Origin: Clostridia bacterium
GTDB lineage: Bacteria > Bacillota > Clostridia > Christensenellales > DTU072
Length of the DNA stretch: 64,000 nt
Reading direction: 5' to 3'
NCBI GenBank assembly: GCA_035381305.1
Contig: DAOSYK010000005.1
Span: 9,534-73,533 of the forward strand
Under the pieces are notes generated by a model that saw only the letters and a list, made by a program, of their open reading frames with translations, had not been told where the DNA came from and ran no database searches. Position 1 is the stretch's first letter. Each line of letters opens with the position of its first letter. Positions 30,453 through 40,223 of the stretch are shown here, piece by piece. The translations under genes were made by a program, and so were the position numbers.

Positions 30453-32195
30453 ATGATAAAAAAACTTGTTAGTTTTACAAAAGGTTACACATTTTATGCG
30501 GTGATTACGCCCATTCTTGTAATGCTGGAAGTCAGCATGGAAGTCACCCTGCCTTTTGTCATATCCAAAATAATTGACGTAGGTATTAACGGCGACGGCG
30601 GCACGCCCTATGTGCTCAAAATGGGACTTATCATGGTCGCCATGGCGGTCTTCAGTCTTATTATGGGCGGTCTTGCGGGACGCACCTGCTCGGTGGCGGC
30701 GGTGGGCTTCAGCACCAATTTGCGCGGCGGACTCTTTGCCAAAGTGCAGGACTTCAGCTTTGCAAACACCGATAAGTTTACAACTTCCAGCCTTGTGACG
30801 CGCCTAACGACCGACGTGAACAACGTCCAGATGTCGTATATGATGCTGTTGAGAATGCTCGTAAGAAGCCCGATGATGCTTATAACCGCAACTATTATGG
30901 CGATGAACATCAATCTGAAACTTTCGGTGGTGTTTCTGGTGGCGATACCGTTCCTTGGCGGAGCGATCGCGCTGTGCGGCGGCTTTGCTTATCCGAGATT
31001 TATCAAGATGCTGAAGAGGTACGACCTCATAAACGAAAACGTGCAGGAAGACCTTGCCGCGATAAGGGTGGTTAAGACCTTTGTCAGGGAAAATCATGAG
31101 ACCGAGAAGTTCAGAAAGTCGAGCGAAGACCTTCGCAAAATGCATATTTCAGCCGAAAAGTGCCTTATCTTCATCATGCCGGTAATGATGCTGACGGCAT
31201 ACGCCTGCGTACTTTCCATACTGTACCTTGGCGGCGGCTACATTATGAAAGGCGCGATGACGACGGGAGAGCTTACGAGCTTTTTAAGCTACATTATGCA
31301 GATACTTATGTCCTTGCTTATGCTCGGGTTTATATTCGTTATGGTGGTAATGAGCAGAGCGAGCGCAACCCGTATAGTGGAGGTTTTGAACGAGAAAATC
31401 GATATCACCGACCATGACGCCGACGAAAGTCTGACGGTTGAGGACGGCAGCATAGAGTTTGACAACGTAAACTTCGCCTACGCCAAGGGTGCCGAGAATT
31501 TCGTGCTCAAAAACGTCAATCTTAAGATAAAAAGCGGCGAGACTGTGGGTATTGTGGGCGGAACGGGCGCGTCCAAAACGACCTTTGTTCAGCTTATCCC
31601 CAGGCTCTACGACGTCACCGAAGGACAGGTCAGGGTGGGCGGACACGATGTAAAGAATTACAAGCTTGACGTTTTGCGCGGTTCGGTTGCCATGGTGCTG
31701 CAAAAAAACGTACTTTTTAGCGGCACGATTAGAGAAAACCTCAGGTGGGGCGACAATGACGCCACAGATGAAGAGATTGAAAACGCCTGTAAAACCGCCT
31801 GCGCGTATGACTTTATCGAGAGTTTTCCCGACAAGTTTGAGACCGTATTAGGTCAAGGCGGAGTAAACGTCAGCGGCGGACAGAAGCAGAGGCTGTGCAT
31901 AGCGAGAGCACTCCTTAAAAAGCCCAGGATTATGATTCTTGACGACAGCACGAGCGCCGTTGACACAGCGACCGATAAAAAAATCAGGAACGAACTTAAG
32001 AAAAACCTCGCAGGTATGACGACGATAATCATTGCCCAGAGAGTGGCAAGTATAATGGACGCCGATAAGATAATTGTAATGGACAACGGCGAAATCAAAG
32101 ACGTGGGAACCCATGCCGAGCTTCTCGAAAGGTCGGAAATCTACAGGGACGTCTACTACTCCCAGACCTACGTCGAGGAGGCAAAGAATGCCTAA
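30453..32195 (+). CDS. ABC exporter half-transporter, degenerate NBD
   Basis: 6-TM domain plus NBD. Walker A GGTGASKTT (Ser where Gly is usual), signature SGGQKQRLCIARAL, Walker B ILDDSTSAVD (Asp replaces the catalytic Glu), H-loop IIAQR (Gln replaces His). Confidence 0.9.
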   Translation: MIKKLVSFTKGYTFYAVITPILVMLEVSMEVTLPFVISKIIDVGINGDGGTPYVLKMGLIMVAMAVFSLIMGGLAGRTCSVAAVGFSTNLRGGLFAKVQDFSFANTDKFTTSSLVTRLTTDVNNVQMSYMMLLRMLVRSPMMLITATIMAMNINLKLSVVFLVAIPFLGGAIALCGGFAYPRFIKMLKRYDLINENVQEDLAAIRVVKTFVRENHETEKFRKSSEDLRKMHISAEKCLIFIMPVMMLTAYACVLSILYLGGGYIMKGAMTTGELTSFLSYIMQILMSLLMLGFIFVMVVMSRASATRIVEVLNEKIDITDHDADESLTVEDGSIEFDNVNFAYAKGAENFVLKNVNLKIKSGETVGIVGGTGASKTTFVQLIPRLYDVTEGQVRVGGHDVKNYKLDVLRGSVAMVLQKNVLFSGTIRENLRWGDNDATDEEIENACKTACAYDFIESFPDKFETVLGQGGVNVSGGQKQRLCIARALLKKPRIMILDDSTSAVDTATDKKIRNELKKNLAGMTTIIIAQRVASIMDADKIIVMDNGEIKDVGTHAELLERSEIYRDVYYSQTYVEEAKNA

Positions 32196-34080
32196 ACCCA
32201 AGATGAAGATGAAAGGCGGCGCAGGTCCCGCTAATTTCCGCAAGACGATAAAGAGGATATTCGGGCTATTAAGACCCTTCCGAGGTTTGTTCGCGCTCGT
32301 TGTCGTGTTCATAATACTCGGAAGCATAATTAACGTTGCAGGCACCTTCTTTATCCGCACGGTCATTGACGACTATATTGAGATAGACAATCCCGACCTC
32401 AAGAGATTTGCCCTCGCTTTGCTTGTAATGGGCAGCATTTACCTCATGGGCGTAATCACAACTTTTGTCTATCAGAGAATAATGCTGACCATATCGGCGG
32501 GGATATTGCACAAAGTAAGATACGATATGTTTGCCCACTTGCAGAAACTGCCGATAAAGTACTACGACACCCACACCCACGGCGAGATAATGTCGAGGTT
32601 TACAAACGACACCGACACAATGCGCGAAATGATGAGCAATGCCATTCCCCAGCTCATAAACTCCTCGATAACCCTTGTCGCCGTCATTACCGGTATGATT
32701 ATTTTCAGCCCCGCGCTGACGGGAATAGTATTCCTCGTCATAATAATCATGGTGGCTTTCGTAAGCCGTATAGGAAAGATAAGCGGAAAGTACTTTGTCA
32801 AGCAGCAAAAGTCCTTGGGCGAAGTCGACGGCTATATAGAAGAACTTATCACGGGACAAAAGGTGGTAAAGGTCTTCTGCTATGAGGATACGGTCAAGCA
32901 GAGATTCGGCAAGATAAATCAAGAACTGCGTCACAATGCAACCACCGCCTCGACTGCCGCCAACATTTTGATGCCGATAATGGGCAACTTGAGCCATATA
33001 CTTTATGCGCTGATTGCCATAGTCGGAAGCTTGTTTGCGCTCAATCCTCAACTTGGCGTTACCATAACCACGGGAACGCTCATTACCTTTCTGCTACTTA
33101 CAAGAACGGTCAGCAACCCGATAACCCAGATAGGGCAACAACTAAACAACGTGCTCGTTGCTTTAGCAGGCGCCGAGAGGATATTCGAGATAATGGACGA
33201 GAAGGAAGAAGTCGACGACGGATACGTCACGCTGGTAAACGCCCGCATTGACGAAAGCGGCAACATCCTCGAGAGCGTGGAGAGGACGGGCGTCTGGGCG
33301 TGGAAACACCCCCACAAGGCCGACGGCACCGTCACGTATAAACTGCTCGAAGGCAAAGTGACATTTGACAACGTACTCTTCGGCTATGAGGAAAACAGGG
33401 TCGTCCTGAACAACATAAGCCTGTATGCAAAACCGGGTCAGAAAGTGGCGCTTGTAGGCTCCACCGGGGCGGGCAAAACGACTATCAACAACCTCATCAA
33501 CCGTTTCTACGATGTGCCCGACGGTAAGATAAGGTACGACGATATCAATATTAATAAGATAAAGAAAGCCGACCTGAGACGCTCCCTCGGAATAGTCCTG
33601 CAGGACACCAATCTGTTTACGGGCACCGTCATGGACAACATAAGGTACGGCAGACTCGACGCGACCGACGAGGAGTGCATCGAGGCGGCAAAACTTGCCA
33701 ACGCCGACTCCTTCATAACGAGGCTCCCCGAAGGGTATAGCACCCGGCTTACGGCAAACGGCGCAAACCTCAGCCAAGGACAGAGACAGCTTCTCAGCAT
33801 AGCGAGAGCGGCGATAGCCGACCCGCCCGTGCTCATCCTCGACGAGGCGACTTCCAGTATCGATACGCGCACCGAGAAGCTCATCGAAAAGGGCATGGAC
33901 AAGCTCATGGAGGGCAGAACGACCTTTGTAATCGCCCACAGACTGAGCACAATCCGCAACGCCGACGCCATTATGGTTATGGAAAACGGCGAGATAATCG
34001 AGCGCGGAAACCACGACAGCCTTCTTGCGCAAAAAGGCAAGTACTACGAACTGTATATGGGTTTGCTGGAACTCAGCTGA
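32188..34080 (+). CDS. ABC exporter half-transporter, canonical NBD
   Basis: ATG 32188 overlaps the upstream gene by 8 nt. Walker A GSTGAGKTT, signature LSQGQRQLLSIARA, Walker B LILDEATSSID, H-loop VIAHRLS. Confidence 0.9.
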   Translation: MPKPKMKMKGGAGPANFRKTIKRIFGLLRPFRGLFALVVVFIILGSIINVAGTFFIRTVIDDYIEIDNPDLKRFALALLVMGSIYLMGVITTFVYQRIMLTISAGILHKVRYDMFAHLQKLPIKYYDTHTHGEIMSRFTNDTDTMREMMSNAIPQLINSSITLVAVITGMIIFSPALTGIVFLVIIIMVAFVSRIGKISGKYFVKQQKSLGEVDGYIEELITGQKVVKVFCYEDTVKQRFGKINQELRHNATTASTAANILMPIMGNLSHILYALIAIVGSLFALNPQLGVTITTGTLITFLLLTRTVSNPITQIGQQLNNVLVALAGAERIFEIMDEKEEVDDGYVTLVNARIDESGNILESVERTGVWAWKHPHKADGTVTYKLLEGKVTFDNVLFGYEENRVVLNNISLYAKPGQKVALVGSTGAGKTTINNLINRFYDVPDGKIRYDDININKIKKADLRRSLGIVLQDTNLFTGTVMDNIRYGRLDATDEECIEAAKLANADSFITRLPEGYSTRLTANGANLSQGQRQLLSIARAAIADPPVLILDEATSSIDTRTEKLIEKGMDKLMEGRTTFVIAHRLSTIRNADAIMVMENGEIIERGNHDSLLAQKGKYYELYMGLLELS

Positions 34081-34113
34081 TACCTTATATAATATCCGCA
34101 ATTATAACAAAAA

Positions 34114-34141
34114 GCCGCTTAAGTGTTAAGCGGCTTTTTTT
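34114..34141 (+). terminator. terminator of ABC operon
   Basis: gccgcttaa / ttaagcggc 9-bp stem, 3-nt loop, seven T. Confidence 0.75.
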
Positions 34142-34301
34142 AGTCCGCTATCGGCACAAGGGTCAACAGCGGATTTTTATTTTTTAAATCTGTATGGCGC
34201 TTAAGTCCGATTAAAAAGCCTGCGTGCAATCAATTTTTTAATTTTCTCCAAATTATTTACTTCACCGCTTATGATGCTTGCATCAAAAGCGAATAGAATA
34301 A

Positions 34302-34327
34302 ACGGGGCTGCCAATCGGCAGCCCCGT
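34302..34327 (-). terminator. terminator of nifJ
   Basis: acggggctgcc / ggcagccccgt 11-bp stem with loop aatc, 24 nt downstream of the nifJ stop. The T-run is weaker on the minus strand (TTTATT). Confidence 0.55.
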
Positions 34328-34350
34328 CGTTTTTGGATATTTACGTTTAA

Positions 34351-37300
34351 TTACGCGTCTTTGTTTTCGCTGAGCTTTTTGTAGGTGGCAAGACGTGCCT
34401 TGGCATCCTGCTCGTTGATTTCGAACAGTTTGTCGGCGATGTCGGGGAACACCTTCTTCAAGCTTGCGTATCTCGTTTCGCCTGCGAGGAAGGACTTGTA
34501 GTCTTCGACGGGGTCCTTGCTGTCGAGAACGAACGGGTTCTGACCCTTGTCGGCGAGTTCGGGATTGTAGCGATAGAGCTGCCAGTATCCGCTCTCAACC
34601 GCTCTCTTTTCCTCGGCGAGGGAGTTGCTCATATTGATACCGTGGTTGATACAGGGCGCGTATGCTATGATGAGCGACGGACCCTTGTAGCTTTCGGCCT
34701 CTCTGAGAGCCTTTACAAGCTGAGCGGGGCTTGCGCCCATGCTGACCTGCGCGACGTATACGTAGCCGTAGCTCATAGCCATCATGCCGAGGTCTTTCTT
34801 TTTGGTGCGCTTGCCGCTTGCGGCGAATTTCGCAATGCTGCCTGTGGGAGTAGCTTTGCTTGCCTGGCCGCCTGTGTTGCTGTAAACTTCGGTGTCGAGT
34901 ACGAGGATGTTGACGTCCTCGTTCTGCGCGATTACGTGGTCAAGTCCGCCGAAGCCGATGTCGTATGCCCAGCCGTCGCCGCCGAATACCCAGATCGACT
35001 TCTTGACGAGCATATCCTTATTGTCGAGGATGTGCTTCATAACTTCGGGATGAGCCTTTTCGTTTGCTACAGCAGCGAGAACCTTCTCGGAAGCCTTGAC
35101 GCTGGCGTCGGCCTCTTCCATGGAGTTGATCCACTCCTCAAACGCGGCGCGGGTCTCTTCGCTTACTTCAGCCAAAACAGCTTCCATATGCTCTTTTATC
35201 TTGTTTCTTCTCTGGGTGATGGCGAGGTTGAAGCCGAAGCCGAACTCGGCGTTGTCTTCAAACAAGCTGTTTGCCCACGCGGGACCGTGACCCTTGTCGT
35301 TGGTCGTGTAGGGGCAGGTGGGTGCGCTTCCGCCGTAAATCGAGGAGCAGCCCGTAGCGTTGGCGATGAGCATTCTGTCGCCGAAGAGCTGTGTTACCAG
35401 CTTGACGTAAGGAGTCTCGCCGCATCCTGCGCATGCGCCGCTGAACTCGAACAAGGGTTTCTTAAACTGGCTGCCCTTGACGGTGTCGGTCTTGTAGACG
35501 GGGTCGATTTCGGGAAGTTTTTCGTAGTATTCCCAGTTGTTTGCTTCACGCTCGATGGACTCGGCGATGGGTATCATCTTGAGAGCCTTGCCCTTGGGAG
35601 CGGGGCAGACATTGGCGCAGACGCCGCAGCCTGTGCAGTCGTAGGGACTGACCTGAATTCTGAACTTATAGCCCTTGAAGCCCACGGCGTCCTTGGTTTC
35701 GAATGTTTCGGGAGCGCCTTCAAGCTGTTCGGGTGTCTTGAGAACAGGTCTGATAACGGCGTGCGGGCAGGACATGGAGCACTGGTTGCACTGTATGCAG
35801 TTTTCAAGTATCCACATGGGCACCGAAAGAGCAATACCTCTCTTCTCGTACTTGGTGGTGCCTACCGGCACTGTACCGTCGGCGTTGAACGCGCTTACGG
35901 GAAGCGAGTCGCCCTGCAGCCTCAATATGGGGTTGATGACGTTCTTATAGTAGTCGTCGCCTCTTACAACGTTCATAGCGTGACCTTCGGTGGTGGTCGC
36001 CCACTTGGCGGCGTCGTATTTGACTTCGACAAGGTTTGTGACAGCTTCGTCAACGCAAGCATAGTTCATGTTTACGACGGCGTCGCCCTTCTTGCCGTAG
36101 GTCTTGAGGATGGCCTGTTTCATATACTTCTCGGCGTCAGCGTAGGGGATAATGTTGGCGAGTTTGAAGAAAGCAGCCTGCATTACCATATTAAGACCCT
36201 TGGACGCGCCGATCTTCTTGATAACTTTGTTTCCGTCGAGGGTGTAGAACTTGATCTTCTTTTTCGCGATGGTGTTTTTGACCTTAGCGGGAAGCATTTC
36301 GTCCATCTCCTCGGGAGTCCAGATACTGTTGAGAAGGAATACTCCGCCTTCCTTGAGGTCGCTGAGCATATCGTAGAGGTAGATATAGCCTTGGTTATGG
36401 CAAGCGACAAAGTCGGCGCTGTCGATAAGGTAGGAGCTTCTGATCGGTACGTCGCCGAAGCGCAGGTGCGAAATGGTCACGCCGCCGCTCTTTTTGCTGT
36501 CGTACTGGAAATAGCCCTGAACGTACTTGTCGGTGTGGTCTCCGATTATCTTAATGGAGTTCTTGTTTGCGCCAACGGTGCCGTCGGAGCCGAGTCCGTA
36601 GAACTTGAGGTTCATGCTGCCCTTGGGGGATGCGTCGATGAATTCGCCTGTCGGAATGGACGCAAACGAAACGTCGTCAACGATACCGACCGAGAAGTGA
36701 TTCTTGTTTTCGCCGCCCATGTTGGCGTAAACGGCGGCTATCATTGTGGGATTGAATTCCTTGCTGCCCATACCGTAGCGGCCGCCGACTATTGTGTAAT
36801 TCTTTCCGGCGAGCGCGGTGCAGACATCGAGGTAGAGGGGCTCACCGATAGAGCCGGGCTCTTTGGTTCTGTCAAGTACGGTTATATACTTAGCCGTCTT
36901 AGGAATGACTTCCATAAACTTCTTGGTGTCAAAGGGACGATAGAGTCTTACTTTGACAAGACCGGTCTTGTGGCCGCGTGCGTTGAGATAATCGATGGTC
37001 TCTTCGGCGGCTTCGCAACCGCTGCCCATCATGACGATAATCTTATCGGCATCGGCCGCGCCGTAGTAGTCAAAGAGGTTGTATTTTCTGCCGGTGAGCT
37101 TGGCAACCTGTTTCATGCAGTCTTCCACGATAGCGGGCACTTTGTCATAGTAGACGTTGCACGCCTCTCTGTTCTGGAAGTAGATGTCGCCGTTCTGCGC
37201 GGTGCCCTTCTGCACGGGGTGCTCGGGGTTGAGCGCTCTGGCTCTGAAGTCGGCGATGTCGTTCATGTCGACGAGGGTTTTCATCTCCTCATAGTCGATG

Positions 37301-37851
37301 ACGTCGATTTTGCTCAGCTCGTGGCTGGTGCGGAATCCGTCAAAGTAGTGGAGGAAGGGAACCTTGCTCTTAAGAGTGGCAAGGTGGGAGACCAGCGCGA
37401 GGTCCATAACTTCCTGGACGGAGTTGGAGCACATCATGGCGAAACCGGTCTGGCGGCAAGCCATAACGTCGGCGTGGTCACCGAATATATTGAGCGCGTG
37501 GGCAGCCAACGCGCGAGCGGACACGTGGAAAACGGTGGGAAGCAATTCTCCCGCTATTTTGTACATGTTCGGTATCATGAGCAATAAGCCCTGGCTTGCG
37601 GTGAACGTCGTGGTCAGAGCGCCTGCACAGAGAGAGCCGTGAACGGCACCCGCCGCGCCCGCCTCCGACTGCATTTCGGCAATGCGTACGGTCTGGCCGA
37701 ACATATTCTTTCTTCCCTGAGACGCCCATTCGTCTGCCATCTCAGCCATGTTTGACGATGGAGTAATCGGGTAGATAGCCGCGACTTCGCTGAACGCATA
37801 CGCAACGTGGGCGGCAGCCGTGTTTCCATCGATGGTCATTTTTTTACTCAT
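34351..37851 (-). CDS. nifJ: pyruvate:ferredoxin (flavodoxin) oxidoreductase
   Basis: 1166 aa. Two 4Fe-4S motifs (CIQCNQCSMSCP, CTGCGVCANVCP) and the TPP site GGDGWAYDIGFGGLDH. Confidence 0.96.
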   Translation of the reverse strand: MSKKMTIDGNTAAAHVAYAFSEVAAIYPITPSSNMAEMADEWASQGRKNMFGQTVRIAEMQSEAGAAGAVHGSLCAGALTTTFTASQGLLLMIPNMYKIAGELLPTVFHVSARALAAHALNIFGDHADVMACRQTGFAMMCSNSVQEVMDLALVSHLATLKSKVPFLHYFDGFRTSHELSKIDVIDYEEMKTLVDMNDIADFRARALNPEHPVQKGTAQNGDIYFQNREACNVYYDKVPAIVEDCMKQVAKLTGRKYNLFDYYGAADADKIIVMMGSGCEAAEETIDYLNARGHKTGLVKVRLYRPFDTKKFMEVIPKTAKYITVLDRTKEPGSIGEPLYLDVCTALAGKNYTIVGGRYGMGSKEFNPTMIAAVYANMGGENKNHFSVGIVDDVSFASIPTGEFIDASPKGSMNLKFYGLGSDGTVGANKNSIKIIGDHTDKYVQGYFQYDSKKSGGVTISHLRFGDVPIRSSYLIDSADFVACHNQGYIYLYDMLSDLKEGGVFLLNSIWTPEEMDEMLPAKVKNTIAKKKIKFYTLDGNKVIKKIGASKGLNMVMQAAFFKLANIIPYADAEKYMKQAILKTYGKKGDAVVNMNYACVDEAVTNLVEVKYDAAKWATTTEGHAMNVVRGDDYYKNVINPILRLQGDSLPVSAFNADGTVPVGTTKYEKRGIALSVPMWILENCIQCNQCSMSCPHAVIRPVLKTPEQLEGAPETFETKDAVGFKGYKFRIQVSPYDCTGCGVCANVCPAPKGKALKMIPIAESIEREANNWEYYEKLPEIDPVYKTDTVKGSQFKKPLFEFSGACAGCGETPYVKLVTQLFGDRMLIANATGCSSIYGGSAPTCPYTTNDKGHGPAWANSLFEDNAEFGFGFNLAITQRRNKIKEHMEAVLAEVSEETRAAFEEWINSMEEADASVKASEKVLAAVANEKAHPEVMKHILDNKDMLVKKSIWVFGGDGWAYDIGFGGLDHVIAQNEDVNILVLDTEVYSNTGGQASKATPTGSIAKFAASGKRTKKKDLGMMAMSYGYVYVAQVSMGASPAQLVKALREAESYKGPSLIIAYAPCINHGINMSNSLAEEKRAVESGYWQLYRYNPELADKGQNPFVLDSKDPVEDYKSFLAGETRYASLKKVFPDIADKLFEINEQDAKARLATYKKLSENKDA

Positions 37852-37920
37852 CAGAACCTCCGTAAGTATATTGTATTTGGTGTGTATATTTATGAAATTT
37901 TGCTTTTAACAACCTTTACT

Positions 37921-37949
37921 ATTATATATAATAGTATGGTCAAAGTCAA
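37921..37949 (-). promoter_or_regulatory. sigma-A promoter for nifJ
   Basis: On the minus strand: TTGACT (37949-37944), 17-nt spacer, TATAAT (37926-37921). Confidence 0.5.
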
Positions 37950-38064
37950 TGGATTTTCCCCCATAAGTGCGAATAAAACATAATACGAAAAGCGACTTTC
38001 GCTATTGCAAAAAAGGCCGTAAAACTGTAAAATAGAATACAAACTAAGCCTTGAGGATGAAATC

Positions 38065-40098
38065 ATGAAAGTAAAACAGGTCGTTACCATATTAAAAAAC
38101 CTATCCGGACAGCAGATTAACGAAATTTGCTACAACTTGTTCTGCCGCCCCAAAACTTTTCCCAAGTGGAAAAACAAAACTCTTCAGCAAAAATCGCTGA
38201 GCGATAAAGCGGTAATTTATGAAGCAAAAGGGGAATTCTGCGACCATATGGAGATGAGCGGAACGTACGCGAGCGCGATTATTTCTTACGGCGCGGACGA
38301 AAAAAACCGCATGAGAATTTTCCGCCACGTGACCTTCCCGTTTATCAGGCTTATGCCCGACATGACGACTTCTTCGGTATGTCATAACTACCTTTCCGCG
38401 CCCGAAATCCTCGTGGACGGAGTGGAAGTAAAGGACGAAGTTTTTGAAAAAGTCAGCCTGAAAGGCAACCTCGAGCTTACGTCCAATTTCAAGGACGGTT
38501 TGCAGATAACAAGGACGGAAATAATCTGCAAGGATTTTCCCGCATTAATAGAAAAAACGACAATAACAAATATCACCAAAACAAAGATAAATCTTACAAT
38601 TTTCGACAATGTGAAAACGCGTACAATAAGCGCGAAAAAATGCAAAAACGGTAAGGTAACCTTTGCGGCGGGAATATGCGGCGAACACGGCAGTTTCTCA
38701 TACGGCAAGGAGAAAAAGCTGGAAAAGAACCTTGTTCCCAATGCAAGTTTCACTTATTATGTCGTGTATTGCGCCTTGCTCGGAGATAACGGACTGGAAA
38801 TTAAGATAAACGAACAGGTCAAAAAACGCGACAATTTTGTCAATAACGCAATGACCGTAATGACGCTGAAAACGCCCGATGAGCATATAAACGCACTATA
38901 TTCTCACAGCCTGATAAGAGGTGCGGAAAGCGTGTTTTTGACGCAAAAAGGACTGCTTCATTCGCCGGGAGGCGGTAAGTATTATGCCGCGATATGGGCA
39001 AACGACCAGATGGAATACGCCGCGCCCGTTGTACCCTTTATCGGAAATAAGGAGCTTTCGGAAGCTACCAAAAACGCCATAAATTTATACGTAAACTATA
39101 TGGATACAAGCGGGATACCGTTTGACAAAAAACGCGCCCTTCCCTCCAGTATAATAAACGGAACATACCCGTTCGGCATCGCCGGAGACAGGGGCGACAC
39201 CGCTATGGTCGGACTGGGAATAGCTCAGTTTGCCCTCAATCTTAACGACATTGAGTACGCAAAAGAGTATCTCTGGGCTGTGGAGTGGTGCATCGAGTTC
39301 TGCGAAAGCAGAAAGAGCGAGAAAGGCGTGATTTTCAGCGACAGCGACGAGCTTGAGGGACGTTTCCCGTCGGGCGACTATAACCTAAGCACAAATATAA
39401 ACTATTATCTCCTCTTAAAGTACGCCGCCATACTCGAAAGAGAACTCGGAAGCGCCGACAAAGCCGAAAGGTATGAGGCGATAAGAGAAGAATTGCGAAA
39501 ATCGATAAAAGAGTATTTCGAGGCAGAGGTCGAAGGATACGACACTTACAGGTATTATGAAAACAACAAGGTGCTTCGTTCGTGGATATGTCTGCCGTTA
39601 ATCGCAGGGATAAACGACAGAAAAGAGGGCACGATAAAAGCGCTTACCGAGAGGCTGTACAAGGACGGCAGGATGTTTACCGCGTCCAACAAAAACATAG
39701 TGTGGGACAGATCGCTGCTGTTTGCGCTCCGCGGAATGTTTATTTCGGGCGAGGGAATAACGAGCTTAAAGTACCTTTCCGACTACTCGGCGGCAAGACT
39801 GACAGGACCCCATTCTCCCTATCCGTATGAAGCGTATCCCGAAGGAAACGGCGCGCAGCTTTCCGCCGAAAGCCTGCTTTATACACGCATAATTATCGAA
39901 GGAATGTTCGGAATAAGCGTGGAAGGCTTCAATAAGTTTGCCGTTGAGCCGCGTCTTCCGCTTGAAGGAAATTACAAGCTCAATAAGATTATTTTGGGCG
40001 GCGTAAGCTGCGACATCGAATACGAGAAAGGGCTTATTACCGTCAATGCGGCCGGCAAAACATATTCGGGCACGTCGAGGCTGGAGTTTTCCCTTTAG
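38065..40098 (+). CDS. putative (alpha/alpha)6-barrel glycoside hydrolase-like protein
   Basis: 677 aa, no signal peptide. Beta-rich N-terminal half, then a helical repeat region (AIWANDQMEYAAPVVPFIG, GDRGDTAMVGLGIAQFAL, SDSDELEGRF) that resembles debranching/rhamnosidase-type six-hairpin enzymes. Family not resolved by eye. Confidence 0.4.
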   Translation: MKVKQVVTILKNLSGQQINEICYNLFCRPKTFPKWKNKTLQQKSLSDKAVIYEAKGEFCDHMEMSGTYASAIISYGADEKNRMRIFRHVTFPFIRLMPDMTTSSVCHNYLSAPEILVDGVEVKDEVFEKVSLKGNLELTSNFKDGLQITRTEIICKDFPALIEKTTITNITKTKINLTIFDNVKTRTISAKKCKNGKVTFAAGICGEHGSFSYGKEKKLEKNLVPNASFTYYVVYCALLGDNGLEIKINEQVKKRDNFVNNAMTVMTLKTPDEHINALYSHSLIRGAESVFLTQKGLLHSPGGGKYYAAIWANDQMEYAAPVVPFIGNKELSEATKNAINLYVNYMDTSGIPFDKKRALPSSIINGTYPFGIAGDRGDTAMVGLGIAQFALNLNDIEYAKEYLWAVEWCIEFCESRKSEKGVIFSDSDELEGRFPSGDYNLSTNINYYLLLKYAAILERELGSADKAERYEAIREELRKSIKEYFEAEVEGYDTYRYYENNKVLRSWICLPLIAGINDRKEGTIKALTERLYKDGRMFTASNKNIVWDRSLLFALRGMFISGEGITSLKYLSDYSAARLTGPHSPYPYEAYPEGNGAQLSAESLLYTRIIIEGMFGISVEGFNKFAVEPRLPLEGNYKLNKIILGGVSCDIEYEKGLITVNAAGKTYSGTSRLEFSL

Positions 40099-40159
40099 TA
40101 CAGGCAAAATCAGGAAAATTAAAGTTTGTTGTTAAACGCCGAAATCACAGGTTTCGGTA

Positions 40160-40188
40160 TTGACTTTATTATATATATATTATATAAT
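40160..40188 (+). promoter_or_regulatory. sigma-A promoter for the membrane-protein pair
   Basis: TTGACT (40160-40165), 17-nt spacer, TATAAT (40183-40188). Confidence 0.55.
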
Positions 40189-40223
40189 CGAACTATCGAA
40201 TTTTTTCAGGAGAGTATTGCGTA

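Noticed and set aside
34642-37587. 981-aa ORF on the + strand.
   Set aside because: It lies entirely antisense to the clearly recognisable PFOR gene (4Fe-4S and TPP motifs on the minus strand). Its translation is V/G/A/H/D/L-rich with no motifs, which is typical of a shadow ORF in a GC-rich coding region.
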